In this document: in pieces, positions 61,307-64,000 of the stretch
Layout of the letters: each line of letters starts with the position of its first letter
How positions within the stretch are numbered: position 1 is the stretch's first letter
Assembly: GCA_947501605.1 (NCBI GenBank)
Contig: CANMWZ010000002.1
Span: 128,001 to 192,000, forward strand
Direction of reading: 5' to 3'
Source: Planctomycetota bacterium
GTDB taxonomy: Bacteria > Planctomycetota > UBA1135 > UBA2386
Length of the DNA: 64,000 nucleotides
Made by a program: the position numbers and the translations under genes
The notes under the pieces: model-generated
The model's input: only the letters and a program-made list of their open reading frames with translations
What the model was told of the DNA's origin: nothing
Database searches by the model: none

Positions 61307-61956
61307 CGGGCCCCCGGGCTCCACAGCCCCTTGAACAGGGAATGGTTCGGATCAGACCGACGGGCCAAGCCGCGCAGTTTGTCGATGGCTCGGAACTTGA
61401 TACCGGCGACGGCCTTCTCATCAGCGATACCAAATCGCACGGCGGCGTCCTTGTTGCGGGTCCCGAGCACAAACAGGGACTCGAGCACCATCAACCTCTG
61501 AAACTCACCTGCTGCCCACAACTCGCTGACGAACTCCTTCAGTATGCCGGCGAGTATCTGGCGTTGGCGCGAGTTGTCCTCGCTCTTCACCGCGGTCTCC
61601 TTCGGCGTGGCGGCACCGACATCGGCCATATTCTCAAGCCAGATTCGACTCCGCTCCCCATCGTCGTCAGCCTTGGGTGAGACCAGCGCGATCTTGTGCT
61701 TGCGGTAGTGATCGATGACCCGGTTTTTCGCAATCCCGAACAGGAACTGGTCAAGCGTGTAGGCCGTGTCGAACGAGGCGATGCCGCGGACGGCCCCGAG
61801 GAAGACATCTTGGGTCAGGTCCTCAGCAGTCTGATGATCCTGCACGTATCGCTTCACGAAGAAGTAGATGCGGCGAAAGTAGTCGTCTTGAAGCGAGGTC
61901 CAGGCCGCATCATCCATGGCCTGCAAACTGCGGATGTCGTGGTCTTCGGCACTCAT
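61303..61956 (-). CDS. ECF-family RNA polymerase sigma factor
   Basis: AWTSL..DYFRRIYFF...TAEDLTQDVF...FLFGIAKNRVIDHYRK; region 4 HTH. Confidence 0.88.
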   Translation of the reverse strand: MSAEDHDIRSLQAMDDAAWTSLQDDYFRRIYFFVKRYVQDHQTAEDLTQDVFLGAVRGIASFDTAYTLDQFLFGIAKNRVIDHYRKHKIALVSPKADDDGERSRIWLENMADVGAATPKETAVKSEDNSRQRQILAGILKEFVSELWAAGEFQRLMVLESLFVLGTRNKDAAVRFGIADEKAVAGIKFRAIDKLRGLARRSDPNHSLFKGLWSPGAR

Positions 61957-61983
61957 TATCGGATCGCCGCCGTACGCACCCGA

Positions 61984-63315
61984 TCAGAGCGCGCCGACTA
62001 CGGCAAGGATAACAACGAGAACGAGCAGCACCAGCGCGGCGACGACTGCATAGCCCACCAACTGAGCGGCAAACCCGAGCACTTTGAAGGGCAGTCGCAA
62101 CAGCCATACTGCGCCTCTTCCGGCAACCGCACTGATCACCTGCACAGGGAGCAGCAAGGCCATGACAACGACGTCGAGCAAGCGAAAGAAGACGCGCACG
62201 AACAAGGCCAGGATGCCACCCCGACCATCGGCTTCGCCCCAAGGGAGGCCATAAGGGCTGTCGGCGGGATTGCGCCCATCGACGCCAATGCTGTCGCCCA
62301 GAGCTGGACGTCGAAGCCCAGCGTCCGCGTCCTGCCGCTGCGCCCCTGCGCCGGCCGGAAACGCAATGGATGGCGGCAATGGCTGCGCCGACAGATGGGA
62401 CCCCGAGGTCGCAGGGTGGCTGTTGGCAAACAGCAAGCTCTCGCCGAGCGCTACAGGCGCTTGCATGTCTCGAAGAAGGTCGGCGACGCTCTGGTAGCGC
62501 GCATTTGGGTCCTTCTGCAGGCAGCGCCCCAGGATGCGCCGGTCTTCGTTGGATACGTGCTCGGGGTACTCTGGCGCCTCGTGTTCGTGCTTGCGCAGCA
62601 CCTCCCATTCGCTGTCGCCCTTGAACGGAACGTCTCCGCACAAGCACTCGAACATCAGGACGCCGAGCGAGTAGACATCGCTACGCACATCGCCGCGTCG
62701 CTGCAGCATCTCGGGTGCCATGTAGTACGGCGTCCCTCGACCAAACGAGAGCGAGTTGCGGGACTCCGTCACGAGCTTCGACAGCCCGAAGTCGCCGACA
62801 CGCGCGATATCGCCTTTCAAGAAGATGTTGGCGGGCTTGATGTCGAAGTGCACGAGCGACCGCTCGTGTAAGGCCTGCACACCGCGCGCTGCCTGCACAA
62901 AGATGCGCAAAGCCTCGTCGCGCGACATCCGGCCCTGCTCCAGTCGCTTACGCAGAGTCTCCTGGCCTGCGTAGCTCATGACCAAGTATGGAATCCCGTC
63001 GACCTCGCCCATGTCCTCGATGGACACGAGATTGGGATGATCAAGCTGCGCGAAGTAGCGCACGGAGTCCAGTTCTCGAGCGACCGCGTCGCGCACGCTC
63101 TCGTCGTCGACTTTCAAGAACTTGATGGCGTAGTCCTTACCGATCGACTCCTTACGAGCCTTGAAGACCAGGCCGAACATCCCCCCACCGAGCTTGTTGA
63201 CGATCTCGAAGCCGCTGACATAGCCGGGCTTGCGATAGTCGCGATAGAACGCTTCCCAGTCGATGCGGCCAAATGGCTCGGATTCGGCGTCAGGGAGCTT
63301 GTTCGGAAGGGCCAT
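61984..63315 (-). CDS. Ser/Thr protein kinase with C-terminal membrane segments
   Basis: LGGGMFGLVF, YAIK, HFDIKPAN, DFG, GTPYYMAPE, DVYSLG; hydrophobic C-terminus. Confidence 0.92.
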   Translation of the reverse strand: MALPNKLPDAESEPFGRIDWEAFYRDYRKPGYVSGFEIVNKLGGGMFGLVFKARKESIGKDYAIKFLKVDDESVRDAVARELDSVRYFAQLDHPNLVSIEDMGEVDGIPYLVMSYAGQETLRKRLEQGRMSRDEALRIFVQAARGVQALHERSLVHFDIKPANIFLKGDIARVGDFGLSKLVTESRNSLSFGRGTPYYMAPEMLQRRGDVRSDVYSLGVLMFECLCGDVPFKGDSEWEVLRKHEHEAPEYPEHVSNEDRRILGRCLQKDPNARYQSVADLLRDMQAPVALGESLLFANSHPATSGSHLSAQPLPPSIAFPAGAGAQRQDADAGLRRPALGDSIGVDGRNPADSPYGLPWGEADGRGGILALFVRVFFRLLDVVVMALLLPVQVISAVAGRGAVWLLRLPFKVLGFAAQLVGYAVVAALVLLVLVVILAVVGAL

Positions 63316-63328
63316 GGACGACTCGATG

Positions 63329-63937
63329 CTACAGGAGGAAAGCGAGGGACGGGACGGCCACGCCAACAAGCAGGCCGAGGACGCGGAGTCGTGCGGTCAT
63401 GTAGCCTCTCGAGAGGCGGTCGATCCAGCTGACCGCGAACGCGAGCACGGCCCAGAGACCAACCGTGCCGCCAGCGAGGACCACCGCCTGCTGTCGGGTT
63501 CGATGAAGTTCGCGCCGCAGCTGGGTCTCGCCGCGATTCACTGCCGCCGGGTCCTCAGCGATCCAGAGCGTGGTCTGGAAGCTCTTGCCGAACTCGTGTT
63601 CGCGCTCGCGGTCCTCGCGGTCGACGACGCACAAGGCGCGTTCCCCCGCTTGCCGCGCAATCCAGCGATCGACAGCACGCGAGCACAGGACCTCAGGCAA
63701 CCAAAACGGACGGCCCTCCGCAATGAGGCGTTCGCTGCGCTCGCGCCACCGCGCCTCCAGATGGTCAATGGCGACGTGACGAGCCGAACCATAGGCCTCG
63801 GCCGAAGTGAGTTCGGTCGTCCCGCGGATAGCAACGGTGTCGACCGCCCCCTGACTTTCGAGCCTCGAATGACCACCCGGAGACTGCCCTGCAGCCACGG
63901 AGGCAAGAATGAGAGTCGCGAACAGGGTTGTGAGCAT
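63329..63937 (-). CDS. Hypothetical membrane protein
   Basis: Signal peptide AAG|QS; two C-terminal TMs around IDRLSRGYMTARLR. Confidence 0.7.
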   Translation of the reverse strand: MLTTLFATLILASVAAGQSPGGHSRLESQGAVDTVAIRGTTELTSAEAYGSARHVAIDHLEARWRERSERLIAEGRPFWLPEVLCSRAVDRWIARQAGERALCVVDREDREREHEFGKSFQTTLWIAEDPAAVNRGETQLRRELHRTRQQAVVLAGGTVGLWAVLAFAVSWIDRLSRGYMTARLRVLGLLVGVAVPSLAFLL

Positions 63938-64000
63938 GGAGAGCACCCGCGACCCGCTTGCGCACCACGGATGGACTATTCGGAAAACCACCACGGCTCG

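Overview
High-GC chromosomal window with about 53 CDSs. The gene families point to a Planctomycetota-like bacterium (inference): several Hanks kinases, FGE-sulfatase, DUF1080, HEAT/vWA proteins and an ECF-kinase module. Housekeeping genes include gltA, phosphomannomutase, ltaE, rsmA-dnaG-rpoD-Zn-ribbon-selB, a Ski2/HelY helicase, rsmE, radC, recQ, trxC, ygfZ, a full ISC operon (Rrf2-iscSUA-hscBA-fdx) and tkt. I see no prophage, CRISPR array, transposase, rRNA or tRNA. Best leads: (1) a co-directional envelope/phospho-signalling cluster of FtsQ-like, giant kinase-FGE, lipoprotein, PP2C, PilC, histidine kinase, HTH-TM, OmpA/MotB and FGE lipoprotein genes; (2) a highly structured ~250-nt non-coding RNA behind a TTGACA promoter upstream of dnaG; (3) a single-AAA Clp ATPase with an unrecognised N-domain and an MGF loop; (4) a kinase-ECF sigma-Zn anti-sigma-coiled-coil module; (5) a MITE-like element after selB, a protein with a duplicated secretin-like motif, a His/Met-rich beta-helix protein, and a strong Gln(+1) bias in signal peptides. 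All calls come from reading motifs by eye; no searches were run. Start codons were often re-picked from the ORF track.
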